Shown here one piece after another: positions 20,701 to 29,168 of a stretch of DNA of 64,000 nucleotides. The notes beneath the pieces are model-generated. The model ran no database searches and had not been told where the DNA came from. It saw nothing but the letters and a program-made list of their open reading frames with translations. The translations under genes were made by a program, and so were the position numbers. Position 1 is the first letter of the stretch; every line of letters starts with the position of its first letter. Source of the DNA: Bacteroidota bacterium (GTDB taxonomy: Bacteria > Bacteroidota > Ignavibacteria > Ignavibacteriales > Ignavibacteriaceae); NCBI GenBank assembly GCA_022573715.1, contig JACZTL010000005.1, positions 7,265 through 71,264 of the forward strand, given 5' to 3'.

Positions 20701-21270
20701 AAAAATCTAAATCAATTCAGCGACGGTCCTATTAGGTCATACATCAGAGAGAGAAGTATTCGCTTAAGAATGAAACTGGTAAAAGAAATTAGCAACCAAA
20801 CAGAATTCATAAATAAACAGGATAATGCATTTTTAGATTCCAATATCACATCAACAAGAAGAAGGCAGATTACAAGTAACAGTATTTCATCGGATTTTGT
20901 CTACAGGCCTGAAAATAATATCGAAGTAGGATTTACTTTGAAAGCAGGCAGAAGTACAGACGTATTTCCTGCTGTACCGACTGTTATAGATTTCAATTCA
21001 CAATCAATAAGGATGGTTTTATCGTTTTCGGGTAGAGGAAGATTTAGGGTTGATATTAGAAGAGATGAATTGCTTGGGAATACTGCAGGCAATATTTTAC
21101 CTTTTGAAATTACCGAAGGAAAACTGCTCGGCAAAAATTATTTTTGGAATGTAAGTTTTGAATATAAAATTGCCGCTAACCTTCAAACAAGTTTAAGTTA
21201 TGACGGTAGATTACGAGCAGGTGATAGAGCAGTTCACACTGCCCGTGCTGAATTTAGAGCATTTTTTTAA
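17791..21270 (+). CDS. large (1159 aa) outer-membrane beta-barrel protein of unknown function
   Basis: Signal peptide (FIFLFQLNSYAQ), alternating beta-strand-like sequence rich in aromatic residues and Asn/Gly turns, and a C-terminal beta-signal ending ...AEFRAFF. TTG start. Confidence 0.6.
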   Translation: MKFLKQLKIFCAFIFLFQLNSYAQNNFKYITHTDTLLINYENLYKVSGLTVIPSTETIYLNNKILNRNEYSFTYSKGIFTLSDSLYYSNYDTLIVVYKSLRLALNKEYKKRTLIRKLDKTKSDSISYVVRETTSLTEESIFGRNMQRSGTIVRGFTFGTTKDFSLNSGLRLQLSGWLSDDIEVVAALTDENTPIQPEGNTERLEELDKVFIQLKHPNAQGTFGDYFVKKQTGEFGVIDRKLQGLKGEFNYKSSAGFISFASSKGKFNTNSFNGQDGVQGPYRLTGINNEPDIIVIAGTEKVYIDGILQKRGEHNDYVIEYGNAQITFTPNKLITVDSRINVDFEYTDRRYSRNFFGAGSVTKFYNNKLKLSFQYIREGDNQNAPIDILLTDTDKDILRNAGDDINKATRTGISLAPKDSNGIRQGRYEKIDTLINNKSFSFYRYNPGNPNSIYNVAFSFIGSAKADYLRESLGVFKFVGIGMGTYLPVIFLPMPQLNQVGNFIINYKPKDGIDLSFEYSGSIFDRNRFSDLDDNNNFGSARNIHLNISPQKIVIGNFKLGKIGLTYKDRFISNKYSPIDRINTIEFNRDYNLNSSLANLDQNLRELNLTYLPSKNLSINSFFGFLRQGSLFKSDRYKNTIQYNKGNDINAFYNIDFVKTENTNFTSKWTRQIGESKFNVFGLTSGLNYLAENKEEINLNSDSLLGGSLKYYDYTPYLSYEKINGLKLSFKYSFRKDYAAISGDLLEQANSQGQFYEINYSGTRTINTHLTVVLRNKIFEKEFKDRGFKDSKTVLIRSISNIRLLHNALTGNIFYEVSTQKTAKLQQIFVKVEKGKGNFIFLGDLNKNGIQDENEFEPALFDGDYIKITIPTDELFPVINLKTSTNWRIRFSEFVNKNSTLGRILKPLSIETFWRVEENSREEDLKKIYLLNFSSFQNIINTIRGSNFIQQDVFINENSYEFSLRFRFTQSKNLNQFSDGPIRSYIRERSIRLRMKLVKEISNQTEFINKQDNAFLDSNITSTRRRQITSNSISSDFVYRPENNIEVGFTLKAGRSTDVFPAVPTVIDFNSQSIRMVLSFSGRGRFRVDIRRDELLGNTAGNILPFEITEGKLLGKNYFWNVSFEYKIAANLQTSLSYDGRLRAGDRAVHTARAEFRAFF

Positions 21271-21297
21271 TTTAATAAATTAAAATATGATAAATCT

Positions 21298-21759
21298 ATG
21301 AATTATAAATCTTCATTAATAGAAGTACACGTATTTAGAATAAGAAATTCTAAAATGGAATTTCTTATTCTAAAACGCGCTGATGGAGAAATATATTCCG
21401 GTATTTGGCAAATGGTAACAGGTAAAATTGAACATGGAGAAAAAGCTTACGAAACTGCATTAAGAGAAGTGGAAGAAGAAACAGAATTAAAAATAGAAAA
21501 GCTTTGGGTTGTTCCAAATGTTAATACTTTTTATTCGTCTGAAGAAGATGCTATTTACAATGTGCCTGTATTTGCAACGCAAGTTAGTAGCAAATCAGAT
21601 GTTAAATTAAGCAGTGAACATAGTGATTATAAATGGGTTGAACCTGACGAAGCCGAAGAATCATTTGCCTGGGAAGGACAAAAAAAATCTTTAAGAGTTT
21701 TAACTGATTATTATTTAAATAAAAAAAATTATTTAAATATTTTAGAAATTACTTTTTAA
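21298..21759 (+). CDS. NUDIX hydrolase
   Basis: Nudix box GKIEHGEKAYETALREVEEETEL (Gx5Ex7REUxEExGU). Confidence 0.85.
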   Translation: MNYKSSLIEVHVFRIRNSKMEFLILKRADGEIYSGIWQMVTGKIEHGEKAYETALREVEEETELKIEKLWVVPNVNTFYSSEEDAIYNVPVFATQVSSKSDVKLSSEHSDYKWVEPDEAEESFAWEGQKKSLRVLTDYYLNKKNYLNILEITF

Positions 21760-21812
21760 CAGCTTATTAATTATTTTATCATTTTAGATTATTAAAAATA
21801 TGGAGAAACTTT

Positions 21813-22727
21813 TTGGGATTACTCGTTGTAGGTTCTCTCGGCTTAGATGATGTCACTACGCCATTTTATAAAACTGAAAATGCTTTAGGTGGTGCTGCAA
21901 CTTATATTTCAATAGCAGCAAGTTATTTTACTTCACCCATTTACTTAGTAGGTGTAGTAGGTGAAGACTTCCCGAAAGAATATATAGATTTACTTGAGAA
22001 GAAAAACATTGATTTGGAAGGGCTTCAAATTATTGAGGGCGGAAAAACATTTCGCTGGGCTGGAAAGTATCATTATGATTTAAATGTAAGAGATACACTT
22101 CTGACCGAACTTAATGTCTTTGAAAATTTTGATCCGGTCGTTCCTGAAAAATATAAGAAATCAAGTTATGTTTGCTTGGGTAATATAGATCCTGTACTAC
22201 AAATGAAAGTACTCGTTCAGATGATTGACCCTAAATGTGTAGTTTGTGATACAATGAATTACTGGATTGAAAGGCAAAAGAATGAATTGTTAGAGCTGCT
22301 TAAAAAAGTAGATATTTTAATAATAAATGATTCGGAAACAAGGCTTTTGGCAAATGAGCCAAATTTGATTAAAGCTGCAAAACATATTTTAGACTTTGGT
22401 CCTGAAATAATCATTATCAAAAAAGGTGAACACGGTGCTTTATTAATTTCAAGAGATACAATATTCTCGGCGCCAGCATATCCGTTGGAATCCATTTATG
22501 ATCCAACAGGAGCCGGTGATACTTTTGCAGGCGGATTTATCGGTTACCTGCACAAGACTCAAGACTTAAACATAGATAATATCAAACGTGCAGTAATTTA
22601 TGGCAGTACAATGGCTTCGTTCTGTGTTGAACAATTCAGCACAAAAGGTTTGGAAGAAATTGATTACTTAAGAGTTAACGACAGGTACAGAGAATTCTTA
22701 AATTTATCAAAATGTAATGAACTCTAA
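21813..22727 (+). CDS. PfkB-family (ribokinase-like) sugar kinase
   Basis: N-terminal VVGSLGLDDV and C-terminal PfkB signature DPTGAGDTFAGGF. TTG start. Overlaps mtnA by 11 nt. Confidence 0.85.
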   Translation: MGLLVVGSLGLDDVTTPFYKTENALGGAATYISIAASYFTSPIYLVGVVGEDFPKEYIDLLEKKNIDLEGLQIIEGGKTFRWAGKYHYDLNVRDTLLTELNVFENFDPVVPEKYKKSSYVCLGNIDPVLQMKVLVQMIDPKCVVCDTMNYWIERQKNELLELLKKVDILIINDSETRLLANEPNLIKAAKHILDFGPEIIIIKKGEHGALLISRDTIFSAPAYPLESIYDPTGAGDTFAGGFIGYLHKTQDLNIDNIKRAVIYGSTMASFCVEQFSTKGLEEIDYLRVNDRYREFLNLSKCNEL

Positions 22728-23736
22728 AGAATATTTTTCGTTAAAATTTGAAAATGATGAGCTAATATTTTTAGACCAGACAAAACTTCCGATCGAAGAA
22801 ATTTACCATAGTACATCAGATTATGAAAGAGTTGCAGAAGCTATTGAAAAACTGGAAATTAGAGGTGCTCCCTTAATTGGAATTGCTGCAGCTTATGCAC
22901 TCGCTCTATCAATGAAAAATGCAAATAAAGAATCAATCAATGATACTTTTAATTCAGCCTTTGAAAGATTAAAAAACACGAGACCTACTGCTGTAAATTT
23001 ATTCTTCGCTCTAAACGAATTAAAAAATGTTTTTCAAAATTCAAATACTTTGAATGATATTTATAATTTACTTTTAAATAAAGCAAAAGACATACACATT
23101 GATGATATTAAGAAATGTGAATTAATTGCGGAAAAGGGCTTAAAAATATTCAATAAAAAATCTATTGTATTAACACATTGCAATACAGGTAAATTAGCTA
23201 CGGGTGGTGAAGGTACTGCTTTCAATGTTATAAAGCAGGCATATAAAAAAGATTTAGTTGAATTTGTTTACGCGGATGAAACCAGGCCTTTGCTTCAAGG
23301 TTCAAGATTGACTTCTTTTGAACTTGAGAAAGAGGGTATACCTTTTGCAGTTCAAACTGATTCATCAGCTGCATCATTGTTTAGCACAGGTAAAATAGAC
23401 CTTGTTGTAGTAGGCGCCGACAGAATTGCTTCTAATGGTGATACTGCTAATAAAATCGGGACATATAACTTAGCAGTCTTATGTTCATTTCATAATGTAC
23501 CGTTTTATATTGCCGCCCCGACAACTACAATTGATAAAAATATAAAAACGGGAAATGAAATAGAGATTGAATACAGAAATAGTGAAGAACTGTTCAATTT
23601 TAAAGGACACAAAATTATTCCAAGCAAATTTAATACGTACACCCCTGCATTTGATGTTACACCTTCAAAATTGATAAAGGGGATTATTACTGAAGAAAAG
23701 ATCTACGAATACCCCTATAATTTTAATAATGTATAG
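22717..23736 (+). CDS. mtnA: S-methyl-5-thioribose-1-phosphate isomerase (eIF-2B alpha/beta/delta family)
   Basis: An MtnA-type N-terminus (LIFLDQTKLP), IRGAPLIGIAAAYA and GADRIASNGDTANKIGTY. Confidence 0.8.
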   Translation: MNSKEYFSLKFENDELIFLDQTKLPIEEIYHSTSDYERVAEAIEKLEIRGAPLIGIAAAYALALSMKNANKESINDTFNSAFERLKNTRPTAVNLFFALNELKNVFQNSNTLNDIYNLLLNKAKDIHIDDIKKCELIAEKGLKIFNKKSIVLTHCNTGKLATGGEGTAFNVIKQAYKKDLVEFVYADETRPLLQGSRLTSFELEKEGIPFAVQTDSSAASLFSTGKIDLVVVGADRIASNGDTANKIGTYNLAVLCSFHNVPFYIAAPTTTIDKNIKTGNEIEIEYRNSEELFNFKGHKIIPSKFNTYTPAFDVTPSKLIKGIITEEKIYEYPYNFNNV

Positions 23737-24469
23737 AATTGTTAAAACAAAAGCTGTTGTTTTAAAAAAAATAAACTATGGTGATACCAGCATTATTGCA
23801 TCACTTTATTCGGAAAATCTCGGAAGAATTTCTGCAATCTTAAAAGGAGCTCGTAAATCAAAAACAAAACAAGGATTTATAATTGATCCAATAAATCTTG
23901 TTGAGATTGTTTTGTATAACAAGATGAATAGAGAGGTGCAACTTATTTCCTCCTCCGATTTGCTTTCTAATTATTCAAATATTAAAGAAGATATTGAAAA
24001 ATTAAAATATGCTTATGCAACAATAGAACTTATTCAGAATTTAACTGTTGAAGGAGAAAAAGATTTAAGACTTTTTAAGGGTCTTGTTAAAATATTTGAA
24101 TTGTTCAATACTTCGAATGAATTTCCCGGGGTAATATTCTGCCGATTTTTTTTCTTCTTTATTAAAGAATTAGGATACCAATTTTCACTTAAGAAATGTA
24201 CTGTTTGCGGAAAAGAGGATATAAGCAATGAAGACTATATCTTTAATTTTGAGACAGGTTTGCTATGTCCGAATTGTAAGAAAGATTATTTATCAACGGT
24301 TGAAATAAACCAGGAACTTTTTAACTTTTTCGCTTGTCTAAGAAGCAACAAAAAAATTATTAATAATGTTGAAAAATTAAGTTCAAAAGCTGTATATTTT
24401 ATGGAAACTTATCTAAAATATCATATAAATACTTTTAAAGGACTTAAATCAATAAAACTTATTAGCTAA
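23729..24469 (+). CDS. recO: DNA repair protein RecO
   Basis: OB-fold N-terminus (KTKAVVLKKINYGDTS) and a zinc finger CTVCG...CPNC. Confidence 0.85.
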   Translation: MYRIVKTKAVVLKKINYGDTSIIASLYSENLGRISAILKGARKSKTKQGFIIDPINLVEIVLYNKMNREVQLISSSDLLSNYSNIKEDIEKLKYAYATIELIQNLTVEGEKDLRLFKGLVKIFELFNTSNEFPGVIFCRFFFFFIKELGYQFSLKKCTVCGKEDISNEDYIFNFETGLLCPNCKKDYLSTVEINQELFNFFACLRSNKKIINNVEKLSSKAVYFMETYLKYHINTFKGLKSIKLIS

Positions 24470-24519
24470 AATATTTAGGTAAGAAATTATAAAAAAAATA
24501 CAAAATAATTGAGGAACAT

Positions 24520-26019
24520 ATGTTAAAGTTAAAAAGCATTATTGGTGCAACAGCGTTAGTTGTATTAGGCATATTTATGGGTGCATTATTGGTGTCAGGT
24601 TTTGGTGTGGTTAGACCAAGTTTCGCCGATGTAAATTTAGGGACTAAAACAGCGCCGGTAACATTGGATGCAAATGCAAGTTCATTTAGTAAAGCATTTA
24701 TTGAAGTAGCAGAAAAAGTTACTCCACAGATTGTACAAATTGTAGTAATATCAAAAAGATCAGATAATCCCCATGGAAATTTAAGAATTCCATTCGATCT
24801 TTTTAATAAATTTCCTAAAGAACAAAAAGGTTCAGGAAGCGGAATTATTATTTCACCTGACGGTTATATCGTAACAAACAATCACGTTGTAAAAAATGCG
24901 ACAAAAGTAACTGTCGGATTATCAGACAAAAGAACATTTACTGCAAAAGTTATCGGTACCGATCCTTTGACTGATCTTGCAGTAATAAAAATAAATGCAA
25001 AAAAATTAACGACTGCTTTTTTGGGTAATTCTGACGAGATAAAAGTAGGGCAATGGGTAATGGCAATAGGAAACCCTTTGTCACTTACTTCAACTGTAAC
25101 AGCAGGTATTATAAGCGCCATTGGGCGAGGACAACTGGGATTGATTAAAGATAGATACGGGATAGAGAATTATATTCAGACTGATGCTGTAATAAATCCC
25201 GGAAACAGCGGCGGTGCTTTAGTAGATTTATCCGGTGCAGTAATTGGTATCAATACTGCAATTGCCGCTTCCGGTGGAGGAACTTATATTGGCTATGGTT
25301 TTGCTATACCGATAAATTTAGTTAAGGCAGTCACAAAAGAATTGATTGCTAAAGGAAAAGTTACCAGGGGTTATATTGGTGTAGAAATAAGTGAAGTAGA
25401 CGACGCGCTAGCTAAGTCTATAGGGTTAAAAAAACCCCAAGGAATTCTTATCCAAAACCTTGTAAAAGGTGGGTCAGCCGCAACTGCTGGGATTAAAGCG
25501 GGTGATGTTATTTTAAAAGTAGATAATAAATTTGTAAACAGACCAAACGAATTGCAGACTTATATTGCCACTAAAACCGCAGGCACAAAAGTTAAATTAA
25601 CTCTTTTCAGAGATGGAAAAACCATAACTAAAACCGTTAAATTAAAGGCAAGAAATGATCAACCCGAAATTAAAACCGTTAAAGATGATAGTAATAGTGA
25701 TGAATCGAGCGACGGTAGTACTACAGAATTATCATTTGATGAGATTGGTTTTACTGTACAGAATTTATCAAGAAAAGATAAAGATACCTTTAATGTAGAT
25801 GCCGGTATTTTAATTACCGATGTAAAACCTTACAGCATTGCCAGCGACCAAAATCTTAGTCGTGGATTAGTAATTATTGAAGCTGATAAAAAGAAAGTTA
25901 AAAATGTAAAACAGTTTCAAAAAATAGTAGAAAGCAAAAAAGGTTCAGCACTTCTATTAAAGGTTGAAGATCAAAAAGGGGGCACCCGTTTCCTTGGTTT
26001 ATTTGTACCTGGGAAATAA
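24520..26019 (+). CDS. htrA: HtrA/DegP-family periplasmic serine protease with two PDZ domains
   Basis: Catalytic motifs TNNHV, DLAV and GNSGGAL, a signal/TM anchor and two PDZ-like regions. Confidence 0.9.
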   Translation: MLKLKSIIGATALVVLGIFMGALLVSGFGVVRPSFADVNLGTKTAPVTLDANASSFSKAFIEVAEKVTPQIVQIVVISKRSDNPHGNLRIPFDLFNKFPKEQKGSGSGIIISPDGYIVTNNHVVKNATKVTVGLSDKRTFTAKVIGTDPLTDLAVIKINAKKLTTAFLGNSDEIKVGQWVMAIGNPLSLTSTVTAGIISAIGRGQLGLIKDRYGIENYIQTDAVINPGNSGGALVDLSGAVIGINTAIAASGGGTYIGYGFAIPINLVKAVTKELIAKGKVTRGYIGVEISEVDDALAKSIGLKKPQGILIQNLVKGGSAATAGIKAGDVILKVDNKFVNRPNELQTYIATKTAGTKVKLTLFRDGKTITKTVKLKARNDQPEIKTVKDDSNSDESSDGSTTELSFDEIGFTVQNLSRKDKDTFNVDAGILITDVKPYSIASDQNLSRGLVIIEADKKKVKNVKQFQKIVESKKGSALLLKVEDQKGGTRFLGLFVPGK

Positions 26020-26046
26020 TTAGTAAACTAAAAATCTATGAATTTT

Positions 26047-26072
26047 ACGCCCGTATTTACGGGCGTTTTTTT
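26047..26072 (+). terminator. Rho-independent terminator downstream of htrA
   Basis: 8-bp GC-rich stem acgcccgt/acgggcgt, 4-nt loop attt, followed by a T7 run. Confidence 0.7.
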
Positions 26073-26102
26073 ATATTTACATTTAAATAAAAAAATAATA
26101 TT

Positions 26103-27314
26103 ATGATAAGATTTTTAACGGCTGGTGAATCACACGGGAAAGCATTAACAACAATTGTTGACGGATTTCCTTCAAATTTGGAAATAGATAAAAAGTATAT
26201 AAATTTTCATCTTAAAAGAAGACAAGCAGGATACGGCAGAGGCAGTAGGATGAAAATTGAATCCGATCACACGTATATTTTATCGGGTATCCGCTTGGGT
26301 AAAACTCTCGGCTCTCCTATTTCCCTTGTTATAAAAAATAAGGATTGGGAAAATTGGACTGATAAAATGTCAATAGAAAAAACAAATTCCAAAATTGAAA
26401 AGATTACTATACCGCGTCCCGGACACGCAGATTTGGTTGGTGTTACAAAATATAATTTTGATGATATTAGAAATTCAATTGAACGTTCAAGTGCGAGAGA
26501 AACCGCTGCAAGGGTCGCGGCTTGCACTGTTGCAAGAAAATATTTAGAAGAATTCGGCATCTCGATAGGTAGTTACGTTGAAAGTATAGGCGGCATCTTT
26601 TCATCAAAGGAAATAACAAAAAAACTTTTTGAGAATAAAATCAGAAAGGATTTTAATGCTTGGGATCTTTCTAAAAGATCAGATAAAAGCCAAGTAAGAG
26701 TTTTAGATAAAGCAGATGAAGAAAAAATTATTAGAAAAATAAAAATTGCAAAAAAGAAAGGCGATACTCTTGGAGGGACATTTGTAGTTGTAGCTACTGG
26801 TGTGCCTGTCGGACTCGGAAGTTTTATGCAATATGACAAAAGACTTGATGCTGAAATTTCTCACTCAATTATGTCAATTCAAGCAGTAAAAGGAGTAGAA
26901 ATTGGTCAAGGATTTAAATCTGCTGAAAGTTACGGATCGGATGTACATGACGAAATAATAATAAAAAACAAACAACTTACAAGAAGAACAAACAGAGCCG
27001 GAGGAATTGAAGGTGGAATATCGACTGGTCTACCAATAATTGTAAGGGGAGCTATGAAACCTATCTCAACATTAATGACACCGATTATGAGCATAAATTT
27101 AAAAACAATGCGTTCTATTGATGCAAGAAGAGAAAGGAGCGATTTTGTTGCTGTTCCTGCTTGTGCTGTAATTGCTGAATCAATGCTTGCATGGAGTTTG
27201 GCAAAACATTTTCTTTTAAAATTCGGCGGTGATTCAATTGAAGAGACGAAAAATAATTTTAATAGTTACACAAAAAGTATTAATAATAGATTAGTCAAAA
27301 ATTTTAGAAGATAG
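26103..27314 (+). CDS. aroC: chorismate synthase
   Basis: MIRFLTAGESHGKAL..., RPGHAD, SARETAARVA and GGISTG motifs. Confidence 0.95.
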   Translation: MIRFLTAGESHGKALTTIVDGFPSNLEIDKKYINFHLKRRQAGYGRGSRMKIESDHTYILSGIRLGKTLGSPISLVIKNKDWENWTDKMSIEKTNSKIEKITIPRPGHADLVGVTKYNFDDIRNSIERSSARETAARVAACTVARKYLEEFGISIGSYVESIGGIFSSKEITKKLFENKIRKDFNAWDLSKRSDKSQVRVLDKADEEKIIRKIKIAKKKGDTLGGTFVVVATGVPVGLGSFMQYDKRLDAEISHSIMSIQAVKGVEIGQGFKSAESYGSDVHDEIIIKNKQLTRRTNRAGGIEGGISTGLPIIVRGAMKPISTLMTPIMSINLKTMRSIDARRERSDFVAVPACAVIAESMLAWSLAKHFLLKFGGDSIEETKNNFNSYTKSINNRLVKNFRR

Positions 27315-27319
27315 AACAA

Positions 27320-27973
27320 ATGATAAAAATTAAATCTTTTACATTTAATCCTTTTGATGAAAACACTTTTCTCCTCTGGTCAGAGTCCAACAGGGAGAGT
27401 ATTGTTATAGACCCCGGCATGTCAAATGAAAATGAAGAAAAAATATTTGATGAGTTTTTGAATAATGAGGGACTTAATCTAACAAGAATACTCAACACAC
27501 ATTGCCATATTGACCATATATTAGGCTGCAAATATGTAAAAGAAAAATATTCTACTGAATACTTAATTCCTGAGGGCGATTTACTTTTGTTGGAACACTA
27601 CGAGAAACAAATGTCAATAGTTGGTGTGGAAATGGAGGAACCTCCTAAACCCGATATACTAATTAAAGAAACGGATACCATCACACTGAATGGATCTATA
27701 ATCAAGCCCTTACTAACACCCGGACATACTCCAGGGGAAATGTGCTATTATCTTGAAGATGAAAATTTCTGCATTACGGGTGATGTACTATTTAAAGGAA
27801 GCATTGGGAGAACTGATTTATGGGGAAGCGATACATCTGCTATATTAAATTCTATAAAAACTAAATTATTAACATTGGATGACAGTGTTACTATCTATCC
27901 AGGTCATGGTGATAAATCTACAATTGGTGAGGAGAAGAAAACAAACCCGTTTGTATTGGAATTATTAAAATAA
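27320..27973 (+). CDS. MBL-fold metallo-hydrolase (glyoxalase II-like)
   Basis: HCHIDH metal-binding motif, TPGHTPG and GDVLF. Confidence 0.85.
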   Translation: MIKIKSFTFNPFDENTFLLWSESNRESIVIDPGMSNENEEKIFDEFLNNEGLNLTRILNTHCHIDHILGCKYVKEKYSTEYLIPEGDLLLLEHYEKQMSIVGVEMEEPPKPDILIKETDTITLNGSIIKPLLTPGHTPGEMCYYLEDENFCITGDVLFKGSIGRTDLWGSDTSAILNSIKTKLLTLDDSVTIYPGHGDKSTIGEEKKTNPFVLELLK

Positions 27974-27993
27974 TTTGTTGAGATGACTTGTTG

Positions 27994-28260
27994 AGTCCTC
28001 CGAAAAAATAAAACAAAACCTTATTTGTCATTCCCTATTGGGAAAAACCTCCGATGTTATCACAAAGCGTAGGCAGCGATCTAATCATAGTTTTTGCGAT
28101 TTAAATGAGGCAACATCGGAGGTTGCTTAAAAAAGATTAAAATTACTGTAGAGAAGACTCCTTGAATCATCTGAAAAATTAATGTAAAACCTTGCTTGTC
28201 ATTCTTAACCCGCCTGTCCTCCTACAGCGAATAAATCGGCGTGGCAGATTCAATAAGGAA
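27994..28260. repeat. two tandem copies of a GC-rich intergenic element (same family as 8.1 kb and 40.8 kb)
   Basis: Both copies begin aaaaccttRYttgtcattcY (28016-28035 and 28187-28205). Copy 1 has a 13-bp inverted repeat aacctccgatgtt / aacatcggaggtt (28046-28058 and 28112-28124). Copy 2 carries cccgcctgtcc. Confidence 0.45.
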
Positions 28261-28403
28261 TCCAATAAATGAATATCGAACAACGAATTTTGAACTACGA
28301 ACTTACAAGAATACATATTTATTTTTGCACTACTAAATTTGAATAACCCCTTTGTAATCAATATATTTAACTAAGTAATTGAAAACTATTTTATCCATTT
28401 TTT

Positions 28404-29168
28404 TTGTATTCAATAATGCCAAATAAGAATATTTATTTTCAAAAACCATTCACTCTTATATTATTATTTCTGCTGATTTGGATTATCTTATTTCAGTTTG
28501 TTCTTAAGCAAAATAGTTTTCTACCTAAACCGTTAATAGTTTATAATTCACTTTCTGATTTGTTTAACATTTACCAATTGCCTTCAAACTTTTTTTTCTC
28601 GGTTGGTGCTATTGTCTTTTCAATACTGATATCTGTAATACTCATATATTTTTTAAGATATTATTTGCTTACTCAAAATTTTATTAGTGATCTTCTTCTT
28701 TCAATTTATAAATTAAAATTTTTTATTCCGATAATTTTAATAGGCATATTTTTAATATTTTGGTTTCCTCTTACAATTTATACAGAGTACATTTTTCTAA
28801 CTATTTCAAGTTTTATTTATTTATCAGGATTAGTGATTAAAGAAAAAGAAAGCTTAGGAAATGAATATGTTTTTGCCGTCAAATCACTTGCAATAAAAGA
28901 CAAAAAAAATTATGCTGTAATAAAATTCAAGCAACTTTTGCCATTATTAGGAAATTCTTTAACCATTCTTCATCTAAAACTTTGGGGAATCTTAATTGCA
29001 TATGAATATATTCAGCATACTTGGGGCTTAGGAACAATTATTAACAATTCGATTCAGTATAGAGATTTATCTACATTGTTCTCAGTTTCTTTGTTGATAT
29101 GCCTTACAATTATAAGTGGTAATTATATATTAAAATTTTTTTTTAACAGATTTGTTCATTGGGAATAG
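28404..29168 (+). CDS. ABC transporter permease-like protein (SsuC/TauC type), divergent
   Basis: Six hydrophobic segments. The N-terminal FLPKPLIVYNSL motif and a region aligned to the EAA loop (FAVKSLAIKDKKNYAVIKFKQLLPLL) resemble nitrate/sulfonate/taurine-type permeases. ATG at 28416 is an alternative start. Confidence 0.55.
   Translation: MYSIMPNKNIYFQKPFTLILLFLLIWIILFQFVLKQNSFLPKPLIVYNSLSDLFNIYQLPSNFFFSVGAIVFSILISVILIYFLRYYLLTQNFISDLLLSIYKLKFFIPIILIGIFLIFWFPLTIYTEYIFLTISSFIYLSGLVIKEKESLGNEYVFAVKSLAIKDKKNYAVIKFKQLLPLLGNSLTILHLKLWGILIAYEYIQHTWGLGTIINNSIQYRDLSTLFSVSLLICLTIISGNYILKFFFNRFVHWE

Noticed and set aside
28179-28361. 60-aa minus-strand ORF in the intergenic region
   Set aside because: It overlaps the GC-rich repeat element, has no SD and has no recognisable protein features. 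It is probably generated by the repeat.
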